Shown here: positions 8,583 to 17,158 of the stretch, in pieces
Position numbering within the stretch: position 1 is the stretch's first letter
Layout of the letters: every line of letters begins with the position of its first letter
NCBI GenBank assembly: GCA_038245295.1
Contig: JBBRSP010000007.1
Coordinates: forward strand, 155,185 to 219,184
Origin: Candidatus Binatia bacterium
GTDB taxonomy: Bacteria; Desulfobacterota; Binatia; HRBIN30
Direction: 5' to 3'
DNA: 64,000 bases
Notes under the pieces: model-generated
The model's database searches: none
The model's input: only the letters and a program-made list of their open reading frames with translations
Told to the model about the DNA's origin: nothing
Program-made: the position numbers and the translations under genes

Positions 8583-9940
8583 GTCGCCGCGCCAACCCCG
8601 AAGAGCTGGCGGCGTGGGACCACGCCTATCTGTGGCATCCCTTCACGCAGATGCAGGAGTGGATGGCGCAACCGCCGCTGATCATCGAGCGCGGCGAAGG
8701 GCCCTATCTCTACGACGTGCACGGGCGCCGCTATCTCGATGGTGTGTCGTCGTTGTGGTGCAATGTCCACGGCCACCATCATCCGAAATTGGACGCCGCC
8801 CTTCGAGACCAGTTGGAACGCGTCGCCCACACGACGTTGCTCGGCTTGGCGAGCCCGCCATCCATCGAGTTGGCCAAACGCCTGGTCGAACTGGCACCAC
8901 GCAACCTGACACGCGTCTTCTACTCCGACGCCGGCGCCACGGCAGTCGAAATCGCCCTCAAGATAGCCTTCCAATACCAGCAGCTGCGCGGCGAAACCCA
9001 ACGCACCAGCTTTGCCTCACTGACCGAGGCGTACCACGGCGACACCATCGGGGCGATCAGTGTTGGTTACTCGGAGGCCTTCCATCGTCACTTCAAGCCG
9101 CTGCTCTTCCCCTGCCACAAGCTAAACCCGCCGCATGTCTTTCGCTGGGAGCGGGGCATGGATGAATCCGCCGCTGTCGATGCGGCCGTAGCCGAAGCCG
9201 AGTTGCTGTTACGCGAGCATGGTCACGAACTCGCAGCCCTGATCATCGAGCCGGTGATGCAGGGTGCCGCCGGCATGTGGGTGCAGCCCGCCGGCTACGT
9301 GCGCGCGCTGCGTGATCTGACCCAGCGCCATGACGTGCTGCTGATCTGCGACGAAGTGGCGACGGGCTTCGGCCGCACGGGAACCATGTTCGCCGTGGAG
9401 CAGGACGGCGTCGAGCCCGACCTCCTGTGCGTCGGCAAAGGCATCACCGGGGGATACCTACCCCTGGCCGCCACGTTTGCCAGCGACGAGATCTTTCAAG
9501 CGTTCGTCGCCCCCTACGATCAGTTCAAAACCTTCTTCCACGGCCATACCTACACTGGTAATGCCCTCGCCTGCGCCGTCGCCCTTGCCAACCTCGAGGT
9601 GTTCGAGGAACAACACGTGCTCGCCAACGTGGCTCGCAGGGCGACTCAGGTCGCCGACTACTTACAACACGAAATCAGCACCTTGGATCACGTCGGCGAC
9701 ATCCGACGGGCAGGTCTCATGGTGGGTATCGAACTCGTCAAAGACCGCCGGACCCGCAGCTCCTACGCAACCGCCGAACGCATGGGAATGCAGGTGACCT
9801 ACGAGGCGCGCAAGCATGGCGTAATCCTGCGACCGCTTGGAAATGTGATCATCTTGATGCCGCCGTTGTGCATCACGGAAGCCCAAACGGCCGATCTCTG
9901 CCGGGTCACCCGCGACGCGATCGTCACCACCACCGTCTGA
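8579..9940 (+). CDS. bioA: Adenosylmethionine-8-amino-7-oxononanoate aminotransferase
   Basis: 453 aa. Class III aminotransferase, with WHPFTQM near the N-terminus and a DEVATGFGRTG PLP motif. Confidence 0.9.
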   Translation: MSRRANPEELAAWDHAYLWHPFTQMQEWMAQPPLIIERGEGPYLYDVHGRRYLDGVSSLWCNVHGHHHPKLDAALRDQLERVAHTTLLGLASPPSIELAKRLVELAPRNLTRVFYSDAGATAVEIALKIAFQYQQLRGETQRTSFASLTEAYHGDTIGAISVGYSEAFHRHFKPLLFPCHKLNPPHVFRWERGMDESAAVDAAVAEAELLLREHGHELAALIIEPVMQGAAGMWVQPAGYVRALRDLTQRHDVLLICDEVATGFGRTGTMFAVEQDGVEPDLLCVGKGITGGYLPLAATFASDEIFQAFVAPYDQFKTFFHGHTYTGNALACAVALANLEVFEEQHVLANVARRATQVADYLQHEISTLDHVGDIRRAGLMVGIELVKDRRTRSSYATAERMGMQVTYEARKHGVILRPLGNVIILMPPLCITEAQTADLCRVTRDAIVTTTV

Positions 9941-10101
9941 CAGCCCATACAACTGTCTCAATTTAAGGATAGTGGTGTCGCAATATTTTCCGGATTGCAG
10001 ACATCCCTACAACTGCATGAGGACACCTGCCCATTCGTAACAACCAAACGAACTCCGGCACGGCGCTTGCTGAGTAACACTACAGAGAAAGGAGCCGCAA
10101 A

Positions 10102-10263
10102 ATGCAACTTACCTATCACGAACCGATGCCTGTGCGGCTGGAAGACCGATTCGCTCCCGAACAGACCCGCAATATCCCGTTCCTCGGGTTCGCCACGGCG
10201 ACAGTCCTGAGTGCGGGGATCTGGGCCTGGGTTGTTTGGGCATTTTGGTCGGTTCTCGTCTGA
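10102..10263 (+). CDS. Hypothetical 53-aa single-TM membrane peptide inserted between bioA and bioD
   Basis: A strong Shine-Dalgarno (agagaaaggag) sits 7 nt upstream of the ATG. The product is MQLTYHEPMPVRLEDRFAPEQTRNIPFLGFATATVLSAGIWAWVVWAFWSVLV. It falls below the ORF-track length cutoff. Confidence 0.35.
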   Translation: MQLTYHEPMPVRLEDRFAPEQTRNIPFLGFATATVLSAGIWAWVVWAFWSVLV

Positions 10264-10408
10264 GATCGAAGGTACAATGGTGTCGGGTGTGGCTGCTATG
10301 GCGGCCACCCCGACGACCGTAACAGCCTGAGACCATAACTCCCCCCTCCCCGTTTCCCTTGCCCGAATTACCGGCGTTGCTAATCGTTGCAGCGCGAATC
10401 CCGGGTTC

Positions 10409-11131
10409 ATGGTTTTTAAAAGTCTTTTCGTCACCGGAACCGACACTGGTTCGGGCAAGACTACTGTTTCGTGCGCCATCTTGGCCGCACTAGCCGCGCG
10501 TGGGAAGCGGATCGGTGTGCTCAAGCCGGCCGAAACAGGATGTCTCCGTGGCGCTGACGGCACCCTGATTGCGGAAGACGCTGAGCGGTTGCGTTTCTTT
10601 GCTGGCCTTCAGCAAGATCGACAGAGTGTCTGTCCGTATAAGATGAGCCAACCTCTGGCTCCCGTCGTGGCCGCCGGGTTGGACGGGATTACGATCGACC
10701 CGCAATATATCCGCACCATCCACGACGGCCTGACGGCAACCCACGATCTTACCCTCGTAGAGGGCGCCGGCGGGTTGCTGGTTCCCCTGACAAGCTCGCT
10801 TACGTTTTGTGACTTTGCCGCCGCCTTGCACCTACCGGTTCTCATTGTCGTCGGCTCGAAGCTCGGCTGCATCAATCACGCACTGCTTACCTATCGGGCG
10901 GCGCGTGCCGCCGGATTGCACGTAATCGGGTACGTGATGAATGCTCTCGCCGCGGAGGGCGACCTGTCGAGCCGGACAAACAGCGAAGTCCTCACCCAAT
11001 GGCTGGGCCCACCATTGGGGCACCTGCCGTTTCTCGACACGATTGGGATGGACGAAACGTCACGGGCTCGGCTGGCCGCGGCGGCGGAAGCCAACCTCAC
11101 CCTCGATCAACTCGGAAGTCGTCCTGGCTGA
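10409..11131 (+). CDS. bioD: Dethiobiotin synthetase
   Basis: The N-terminus carries a P-loop (FVTGTDTGSGKTTVS) followed by LKPAETGC. Confidence 0.85.
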   Translation: MVFKSLFVTGTDTGSGKTTVSCAILAALAARGKRIGVLKPAETGCLRGADGTLIAEDAERLRFFAGLQQDRQSVCPYKMSQPLAPVVAAGLDGITIDPQYIRTIHDGLTATHDLTLVEGAGGLLVPLTSSLTFCDFAAALHLPVLIVVGSKLGCINHALLTYRAARAAGLHVIGYVMNALAAEGDLSSRTNSEVLTQWLGPPLGHLPFLDTIGMDETSRARLAAAAEANLTLDQLGSRPG

Positions 11132-12330
11132 TCGGCTGCGGTTCCAGCCGCCGCCACCGCCGCGGCAAACACATCGCGAATCGGCACCTGGTGCTCGCGC
11201 GCCAGGCGATGACAATCGTCGTATTCTGGGGCGACATTGACGCCGCCGTCGGGCCGCTGCGCAAATTTGACGCGTACCGTCCCGAACGGCGTTGCCACCT
11301 CGCGCACCTGCCGCGGCAGGATCATGCGCTCGGCCCGCGAGAACCGAACCCCGATGGCCGATGTCTCATTGAGAAGAATCGCCGCCAGCTTGTCGCGGTC
11401 CGCCGGCACGGCCATTACCGTGAGCACGACGCCCGGGCGATTTTTCTTCATCTGCACAGACGTCAGGAACACATCGCGGGCTCCCGCCTCGAACAGGCGA
11501 CTACTGATATGGTCGTAGAACTCGGGATTCAGGTCATCGATGTTGGTTTCGATCATGACGATCTCATCCTGACCGACGGCAGCCGTATCACCCACCACAA
11601 CACGCAAAAGGTTGGGGCGATCGTGCTGCGCACGCGTGCCGGCACCGTAGCCAATTCGGCTGGCCAGGAAGGACGGAGGCGGCTCGGCGCTGGCGAGCGC
11701 GGCAATGATCGCCGCACCGGTCGGCGTAACCAGTTCTCCTTCACCATCGCCAGCTCGCGTGACGAAGCCCTTGAGCAATTCGGCCGTCGCCGGGGCCGGA
11801 ACCGGAATCATGCCATGCTGCGACTTGATCACGCCGGAGCCAAGCGGCAAGGCGGAGACATAGATTCGCTCCAGGCCCAACGTTTCGATCGCGATGGCGG
11901 TCGCGACGATATCGACAATTGAATCGATGGCGCCCACTTCATGGAAGGTTACCTCGTCGATCGGCACGCCGTGGATGTGCCCCTCGGCGCGCGCCAGTAC
12001 GTCGAAGATGCGCCGCGCCGTTGCCTTGATCCCGTCGCTCAAGCTGCTGGCTGCGATGATGGCGCGAATGTCGCGATAGGCGCGGTGTGTGTGCGCGCTC
12101 TCGTCATGATGATGATCGTGTCCGTGGTGTTGGTGTGCCAGGTGAACATTGAACTTGGTAGCACCGATTCCGTTGACCTGACGCGGCTCGGCGGTCACGT
12201 GATACCCGTCGATGCCGAGCAGACGTAGCGAAGTCTGAAGATGCTCGAAGGACACACCCGCGTCCAACAGCGCGCCAACCGTCATATCGCCGCTGATTCC
12301 GGCAAACGCATCGAAGTAGAGAATTCGCAT
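11107..12330 (-). CDS. larC: Nickel-pincer cofactor biosynthesis protein LarC (DUF111 family)
   Basis: Starts MRILYFDAFAGISGDM, has a His-rich segment (HQHHGHDHHHDESAHTH) and a C-terminal CTP-binding-like region. Start confirmed as 'cat' at 12328-12330. Confidence 0.8.
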   Translation of the reverse strand: MRILYFDAFAGISGDMTVGALLDAGVSFEHLQTSLRLLGIDGYHVTAEPRQVNGIGATKFNVHLAHQHHGHDHHHDESAHTHRAYRDIRAIIAASSLSDGIKATARRIFDVLARAEGHIHGVPIDEVTFHEVGAIDSIVDIVATAIAIETLGLERIYVSALPLGSGVIKSQHGMIPVPAPATAELLKGFVTRAGDGEGELVTPTGAAIIAALASAEPPPSFLASRIGYGAGTRAQHDRPNLLRVVVGDTAAVGQDEIVMIETNIDDLNPEFYDHISSRLFEAGARDVFLTSVQMKKNRPGVVLTVMAVPADRDKLAAILLNETSAIGVRFSRAERMILPRQVREVATPFGTVRVKFAQRPDGGVNVAPEYDDCHRLAREHQVPIRDVFAAAVAAAGTAADQPGRLPS

Positions 12331-12365
12331 CGTGTCTGAATCACTCCATAGACGAGAACGCCGCT

Positions 12366-12878
12366 TCACACAGCCGAAAACGGCAGCGCATAGATCACCG
12401 TGCCGCGCACACCATCGAGCGCTTCCGGAAAAAGCTCGCATACCTTGAATGAATCGGCATTCACCGGGAACGGTGCAGCAATGCCGCGCGGATTGGCCGG
12501 CAAGAATCCGAAGCGGGGGTAGTAGGTCGCGTGGCCCAGCACAACAACGATGGAATGGCCGAGGCGTCTCGCCTCGCTTAGTCCGAAACGCGAAAGCGCC
12601 GATCCAAGGCCGAGATTCTGATGGCTCAGGTGCACGGCGAGCGGCGCCAGCGCCAAGCCAGGAGTCGTCTCCGCGCCATCGGCGATCACGATGCGGGTAA
12701 ACAAGATGTGGGCGACGATTCGGGAATTGTCTTCGGCAACCAGGGAGAGTTGCGGGATGCAGGAGGCATCGCGGCGCAACGCATCGACAAGCTTCGCCTC
12801 GCCTTCGCGGCCGAACGCGCTGGCGACCACGGCATGAACCGCTTCACGGTCCCGCTCTTCTTCCCTTCGCAGATGCAT
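12366..12878 (-). CDS. GNAT family N-acetyltransferase
   Basis: About 170 aa with an acetyl-CoA binding motif region (HQNLGLGSALSRFGLSEARRLG). Start chosen at MHLRREEERDREAVHAV. Confidence 0.7.
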   Translation of the reverse strand: MHLRREEERDREAVHAVVASAFGREGEAKLVDALRRDASCIPQLSLVAEDNSRIVAHILFTRIVIADGAETTPGLALAPLAVHLSHQNLGLGSALSRFGLSEARRLGHSIVVVLGHATYYPRFGFLPANPRGIAAPFPVNADSFKVCELFPEALDGVRGTVIYALPFSAV

Positions 12879-12954
12879 GCGGCGTTTCTTGCTACCGCCG
12901 TGACGCGCCACGCAACGCGACAAGGCCGCGGCGCGTGTGCTACGAGGGCGGCCC

Positions 12955-13923
12955 ATGGAAATCTCCTGCAGTTTCCCGCCACGACCGGATGTCGTTGATT
13001 TGGCGCGCCTCGCCGAGGATCTCGGGTACAAGCGTGTTTGGATCTACGACTCGCCGGCTTTCTACGGCGACGTCTGGATCACCTTGGCGCGGATTGCCGA
13101 GCACACGCGTCGCGTCGAAATCGGCCCCGCGGTTCTGGTCCCGAGTTTGCGCCACGTCGCCACCCAGGCAGCCGCCATCGCCTCTCTGGTCGAGTTGGCA
13201 CCCAAGAGAGTCGTGGTTGCGCTCGGTTCGGGGTTCACCGGGCGTATGGCGCTCGGCAAGAAGGCTCTGCGCTGGTCGTTTGTCGAGACCTACATTCGCC
13301 AGCTGAAAGCGCTTTTGCGCGGTGAGACCGTCGAAGTCGATGGCGCCGCGGTGAAGCTCCTCCACCCGCCGGGATTCAGCGCACCCTTTCCGATCGATGT
13401 GCCGATCATCGCGGCTGCCAACGGACCCAAGGGCCTGGCCGTCGCGCAGGAGCTCGGCGACGGTGTGATGTGTGTCGGCAATCCGCAACCGGGGTTCAAG
13501 CGCTGCAGCTTACTGGCCTTCGGGACCGTTCTCGATCCCGACGAAGCAGCAGACTCCGAACGTGCCTTTGCCGCCGCCGGCCCTGCTCTGAGTGCTGCCT
13601 ATCACGGCATCTACGAGGCAGGAGGCGAAAGCGTCGACAATTTCCCCGGCGGCGCCGAATGGCGCGCGCGCCTCGAAGCCTTGCCCTCGAGAACGCGCCA
13701 TCTGGCCTTGCACGAAGGGCACCTGGTGTATGTCAACGAGCGCGATCGCCCGCTTTTGAACGGCGACATGCTGCGTGCACTCACGTGGACCGGGACCCGC
13801 GAAGAAGTGCGGCAGCGCGTCGAGTTGGCCGCCGGGCAAGGAGCAACAGAAATCTTGTACGCGCCCATGGGCCCGGATGTAGCGCGCGAGTTGCGCGAGT
13901 TCGCGACGGCGGCCGGCTTGTAG
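12955..13923 (+). CDS. LLM-class (luciferase-like) flavin/F420-dependent oxidoreductase
   Basis: TIM-barrel LLM signatures: RVWIYDSP, GPAVLVP, VALGSGFTG. Start at MEISCSF. Confidence 0.75.
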   Translation: MEISCSFPPRPDVVDLARLAEDLGYKRVWIYDSPAFYGDVWITLARIAEHTRRVEIGPAVLVPSLRHVATQAAAIASLVELAPKRVVVALGSGFTGRMALGKKALRWSFVETYIRQLKALLRGETVEVDGAAVKLLHPPGFSAPFPIDVPIIAAANGPKGLAVAQELGDGVMCVGNPQPGFKRCSLLAFGTVLDPDEAADSERAFAAAGPALSAAYHGIYEAGGESVDNFPGGAEWRARLEALPSRTRHLALHEGHLVYVNERDRPLLNGDMLRALTWTGTREEVRQRVELAAGQGATEILYAPMGPDVARELREFATAAGL

Positions 13924-14008
13924 TTCCGGGGGCTCTGGCCCCGGCTGGCCCAGCGAGCTGCCGCGTGACAAGAGAATACAATTCAATCGTTGTTCGGAGG
14001 TGTTTCCA

Positions 14009-15037
14009 ATGCGCGCAGCGATCATGCGAAACCGACAGATGGTGGTCGACACGATCCCCGATCCGGTCCCTCAATCCGGCGAGGTTCTGGTCAAGACGTT
14101 GGCCTGTGGGATTTGTGGCTCCGACCTGCACGCCCTCAAACACGCCGACAAGATGATCGACGCCATGATCGACTCGGGTTTCCCGAGCTCGATGGATCTG
14201 TCGCGCGACCTGGTCATGGGTCACGAGTTCTGCGCCGAGGTGGTCGACTACGGGCCCGACACGGCGCCGACGATCAACCCGGGCGAGCGCGTCGTGTCGA
14301 TGCCCCTCAGTTTCCGCAACGGCACGCCGGCCGCCGTTGGCTACAGCAACGATGTACCCGGAGGCTACGGCGAAGCGATGGTGTTGTCGGCCTACACCAT
14401 CTTGACAGTGCCAAATGGCCTATCGACCGAGCACGCAGCACTCACCGAGCCGATGGCGGTCGGTGTACACGCCGTAAACAAGGGCAACCTGCAGGCGGGT
14501 GATGCGCCGTTGGTCGTCGGCTGCGGGCCGGTTGGCCTGGCGGTGATCGCCGCCCTGAAGATGCGTGGTGCCAGCCCGATCATCGCTGCCGACTACTCTC
14601 CGAAGCGCCGGGCCCTCGCCGAGCGCATGGGTGCTGATGTCGTCATCGATCCGGCTGTGCGGCCGACCTATGAGGCCTACAAGGAGGCGTCTAACCTGGC
14701 GCCGTCCTTGATCTTCGAGTGTGTCGGCGTTGCCGGCATCCTGCAGCAGATTTTGCGCGGTGCCCCGCTGGGAGCGCGCGTTGTTGTCGTCGGTGTCTGC
14801 ATGGACGACGATACGATCCGCCCGATCTACGCCATCAACAAGGAGATCAACCTGCAGTTTGTCCTGGGGTACACACCCGAGGAGTTCGCCAATACCCTGC
14901 GCGCCTTGTCCGAAGGGCAAATCGACGCCACGCCACTGATCACCGGGCAGATTGGCATTGATGGTGTGCCGGAGGCGTTCGAGATGCTCGCCAATCCGGA
15001 GAAACACGCCAAGATTTTGGTTCAGCCCGGACGCTGA
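14009..15037 (+). CDS. Zinc-dependent alcohol/threonine/sorbitol dehydrogenase family (MDR) oxidoreductase
   Basis: Catalytic zinc motif GICGSDLH and a Rossmann motif VVGCGPVGLAVIAAL. GGAGG Shine-Dalgarno 8 nt upstream of the ATG at 14009. Confidence 0.8.
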   Translation: MRAAIMRNRQMVVDTIPDPVPQSGEVLVKTLACGICGSDLHALKHADKMIDAMIDSGFPSSMDLSRDLVMGHEFCAEVVDYGPDTAPTINPGERVVSMPLSFRNGTPAAVGYSNDVPGGYGEAMVLSAYTILTVPNGLSTEHAALTEPMAVGVHAVNKGNLQAGDAPLVVGCGPVGLAVIAALKMRGASPIIAADYSPKRRALAERMGADVVIDPAVRPTYEAYKEASNLAPSLIFECVGVAGILQQILRGAPLGARVVVVGVCMDDDTIRPIYAINKEINLQFVLGYTPEEFANTLRALSEGQIDATPLITGQIGIDGVPEAFEMLANPEKHAKILVQPGR

Positions 15038-15103
15038 TTCATTCGACGGCGCTTCCCGCAAGAGCATGACTTCGTCCAGTGCAACGGCTACAGGAGCGCG
15101 CCT

Positions 15104-15676
15104 ATGGTGACCGCAGGAGATTTGAAGCGTGGTGGTCGGATCGTCATCGATGGCGATCCGTTTGTGGTTCTTGATTTGCACATGCAGTCGCCGTCGGCGC
15201 GCGGTGCGAGTACGCTTGCCAAGGTGAAACTACGGAATCTGCGCAACGGCAATTTTGCCGAGCGTACCTTCAAAGCAGCCGACAAGCTCGAAGAGGCCCA
15301 GGTTGAGCTGCGGCCGGTGCAGTTCCTGTATTCGGATGCCGATGGCTTCCACTTCATGGATACAAATTCTTACGAACAGTTCATGCTGACGACGGACGCG
15401 CTCGGCGACGACGCCGGCTACCTCCTCGAAGGGCTCGCCGGAATTCGCTCCGTCGTTTTCAACGGCAACGTCATGAACATCGACCTGCCGCAATCGGTCG
15501 TGCTGCGCGTGACCATGACCGATCCGGCCATCAAGGGCGCCACGGCGCAGGCACAGACCAAAGCCGCCACGCTCGAGACCGGCCTCATCATCCAGGTGCC
15601 GTCGTACATGGAAACGGGCGACGCCGTGCAGGTGGACACGCGCGAAAAGCGCTTCATCGCTCGCGCCAAGGTCTAA
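15104..15676 (+). CDS. efp: Translation elongation factor P
   Basis: 190 aa with the KPGKG-like loop region (MQSPSARGASTLAKVKLRNLRNG). Confidence 0.9.
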   Translation: MVTAGDLKRGGRIVIDGDPFVVLDLHMQSPSARGASTLAKVKLRNLRNGNFAERTFKAADKLEEAQVELRPVQFLYSDADGFHFMDTNSYEQFMLTTDALGDDAGYLLEGLAGIRSVVFNGNVMNIDLPQSVVLRVTMTDPAIKGATAQAQTKAATLETGLIIQVPSYMETGDAVQVDTREKRFIARAKV

Positions 15677-15691
15677 GGAACAGGTTGCGCG

Positions 15692-17158
15692 GTGTCTGCT
15701 CAACGCTTTCAACCGACACTTCGCAGCCTCAAGCGTCATCGTCTGCCGACCTGGTACGACGATGCGAAGTTCGGCATTTTTATCCACTGGAGCGTGTCGT
15801 CGGTTGCCGGCTTCGCGCCGCGCGACAAAGACATCAACGAACAGCTACGCCACAACTACGATAACGCGAACGTCTACATGCCCTACACCGAGTGGTATGA
15901 GAACTCGCTGCGCTTCCCCGAAAGCCCGGTCTCCGAATTCCACCGACGCACCTACGGAGCGCGATCGTACGCGTCACTCGCCGAAGAATTCACCAAGGCC
16001 ATCGACGAACAGTGGGATCCGGTCGCCTGGGCGAAGCACTTCCGCGCCGCCGGCGCGCAGTACGTCGTCTTCGTCACCAAACATCACGACGGCTTTTGCC
16101 TATGGCCAAGCCGGGTCGCCAATCCCCGCAAATCCGGGTGGCACACGCGTCGCGATTGCGTGCGCGAGCTCGCCGACGCCGTGCGCGCCGAAGGCATGCG
16201 GTTCGGCGTCTACTACTCCGGTGGTCTCGATTGGACCTTCGAACCCAGACCGATGCGCACCATGGCCGATGTGCTGGCCGCCGTGCCGCGCGGTGACTAC
16301 CCGGCCTACGCCGAAGCGCAGGTCCGCGAACTAATGGCGCATGTTCAGCCCGACGTCCTGTGGAACGACATCGCCTGGCCGGCAACAGCAAAGGAGCTCT
16401 ACCGCCTGTTCGCCGACTACTATGCCGCAATACCCGACGGCGTGATCAACGATCGCTGGGTGGCATGGTCACAAGTCATGGGCGCTTTTCGCTACCCGAT
16501 CGTCCGTCGCATGTTCGATGCCTACATGCGGCGCAACTTCCGCAGGCCGGATGCCGGCCTGACGCCACCGGGCATTGGCTACTTCGACTACCAGACACCC
16601 GAGTACACCGTGTTCCCCGACGTGCGTCAGCGGAAATGGGAATGTGTGCGCGGCATGGATAAGAGCTTCGGCTTCAACCGCAACTCTCTCCCGGAAGACT
16701 TCATCTCACGCCAGGAATTGATTCACTCGCTCATCGACATCACGGCGAAGAACGGCAATCTCCTGCTGAATGTCGGACCGCGCGGCGAAGACGCAGCTAT
16801 CCCGGACGAGCAAATCACCCGTCTGCGTTGGCTCGGCGAGTGGCTCGGCATCAACGGCGAGGCGATCTACTCGACGCGTCCGTGGACGCTCGCCGGCAGT
16901 CGCAGCGCCGATGGCACCGAGATCCGCTTCACCGCACGCGGACATACTGTCTACGCCATCTTCTTGGGCACGCCACCGGGCGGGCGAGTTGTGGTGTCGT
17001 CCTTGCGGGTAACGCCGACAACTTCGGCACGTCTGCTCGGCGGCGGTGCGTTGACGGTGGAGGGCGGTGAACGCGGGCTGACCATCACTCTACCGGCCCT
17101 GCCGAACAGTCCGGCTCATGTCGTCGCTTTCACCGACGTTGCTTGCGCATCCGTCTAG
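15692..17158 (+). CDS. Alpha-L-fucosidase (GH29)
   Basis: WYDDAKFGIFIHWSV and VVFVTKHHDGFCLWPS are typical of GH29. Confidence 0.8.
   Translation: MSAQRFQPTLRSLKRHRLPTWYDDAKFGIFIHWSVSSVAGFAPRDKDINEQLRHNYDNANVYMPYTEWYENSLRFPESPVSEFHRRTYGARSYASLAEEFTKAIDEQWDPVAWAKHFRAAGAQYVVFVTKHHDGFCLWPSRVANPRKSGWHTRRDCVRELADAVRAEGMRFGVYYSGGLDWTFEPRPMRTMADVLAAVPRGDYPAYAEAQVRELMAHVQPDVLWNDIAWPATAKELYRLFADYYAAIPDGVINDRWVAWSQVMGAFRYPIVRRMFDAYMRRNFRRPDAGLTPPGIGYFDYQTPEYTVFPDVRQRKWECVRGMDKSFGFNRNSLPEDFISRQELIHSLIDITAKNGNLLLNVGPRGEDAAIPDEQITRLRWLGEWLGINGEAIYSTRPWTLAGSRSADGTEIRFTARGHTVYAIFLGTPPGGRVVVSSLRVTPTTSARLLGGGALTVEGGERGLTITLPALPNSPAHVVAFTDVACASV

Noticed and set aside
9958-10563. 201-aa minus-strand ORF spanning the bioA-bioD intergenic region and the bioD start
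   Set aside because: It overlaps the bioD 5' end in antisense, has no recognisable domain, and arises from high-GC stop-codon depletion. The plus-strand 53-aa ORF with a strong Shine-Dalgarno explains the spacer better.
10999-11922. 307-aa plus-strand ORF antisense to larC, and many similar Arg-rich antisense ORFs (for example 1355..1726, 6072..7166, 22826..23944, 60032..60997)
   Set aside because: These are typical high-GC antisense read-through ORFs with Arg/His/Gly-rich composition and no domains. Each lies opposite a well-supported gene.
17143-17158. Apparent 16-nt overlap of the rnr start with the fucosidase stop; possible internal start
   Set aside because: RNase R N-terminal winged-helix sequence begins within 30 aa of the annotated start, so the upstream start is plausible. 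Manual indexing here was also off by 1 nt relative to the ORF track, so it is not pursued.
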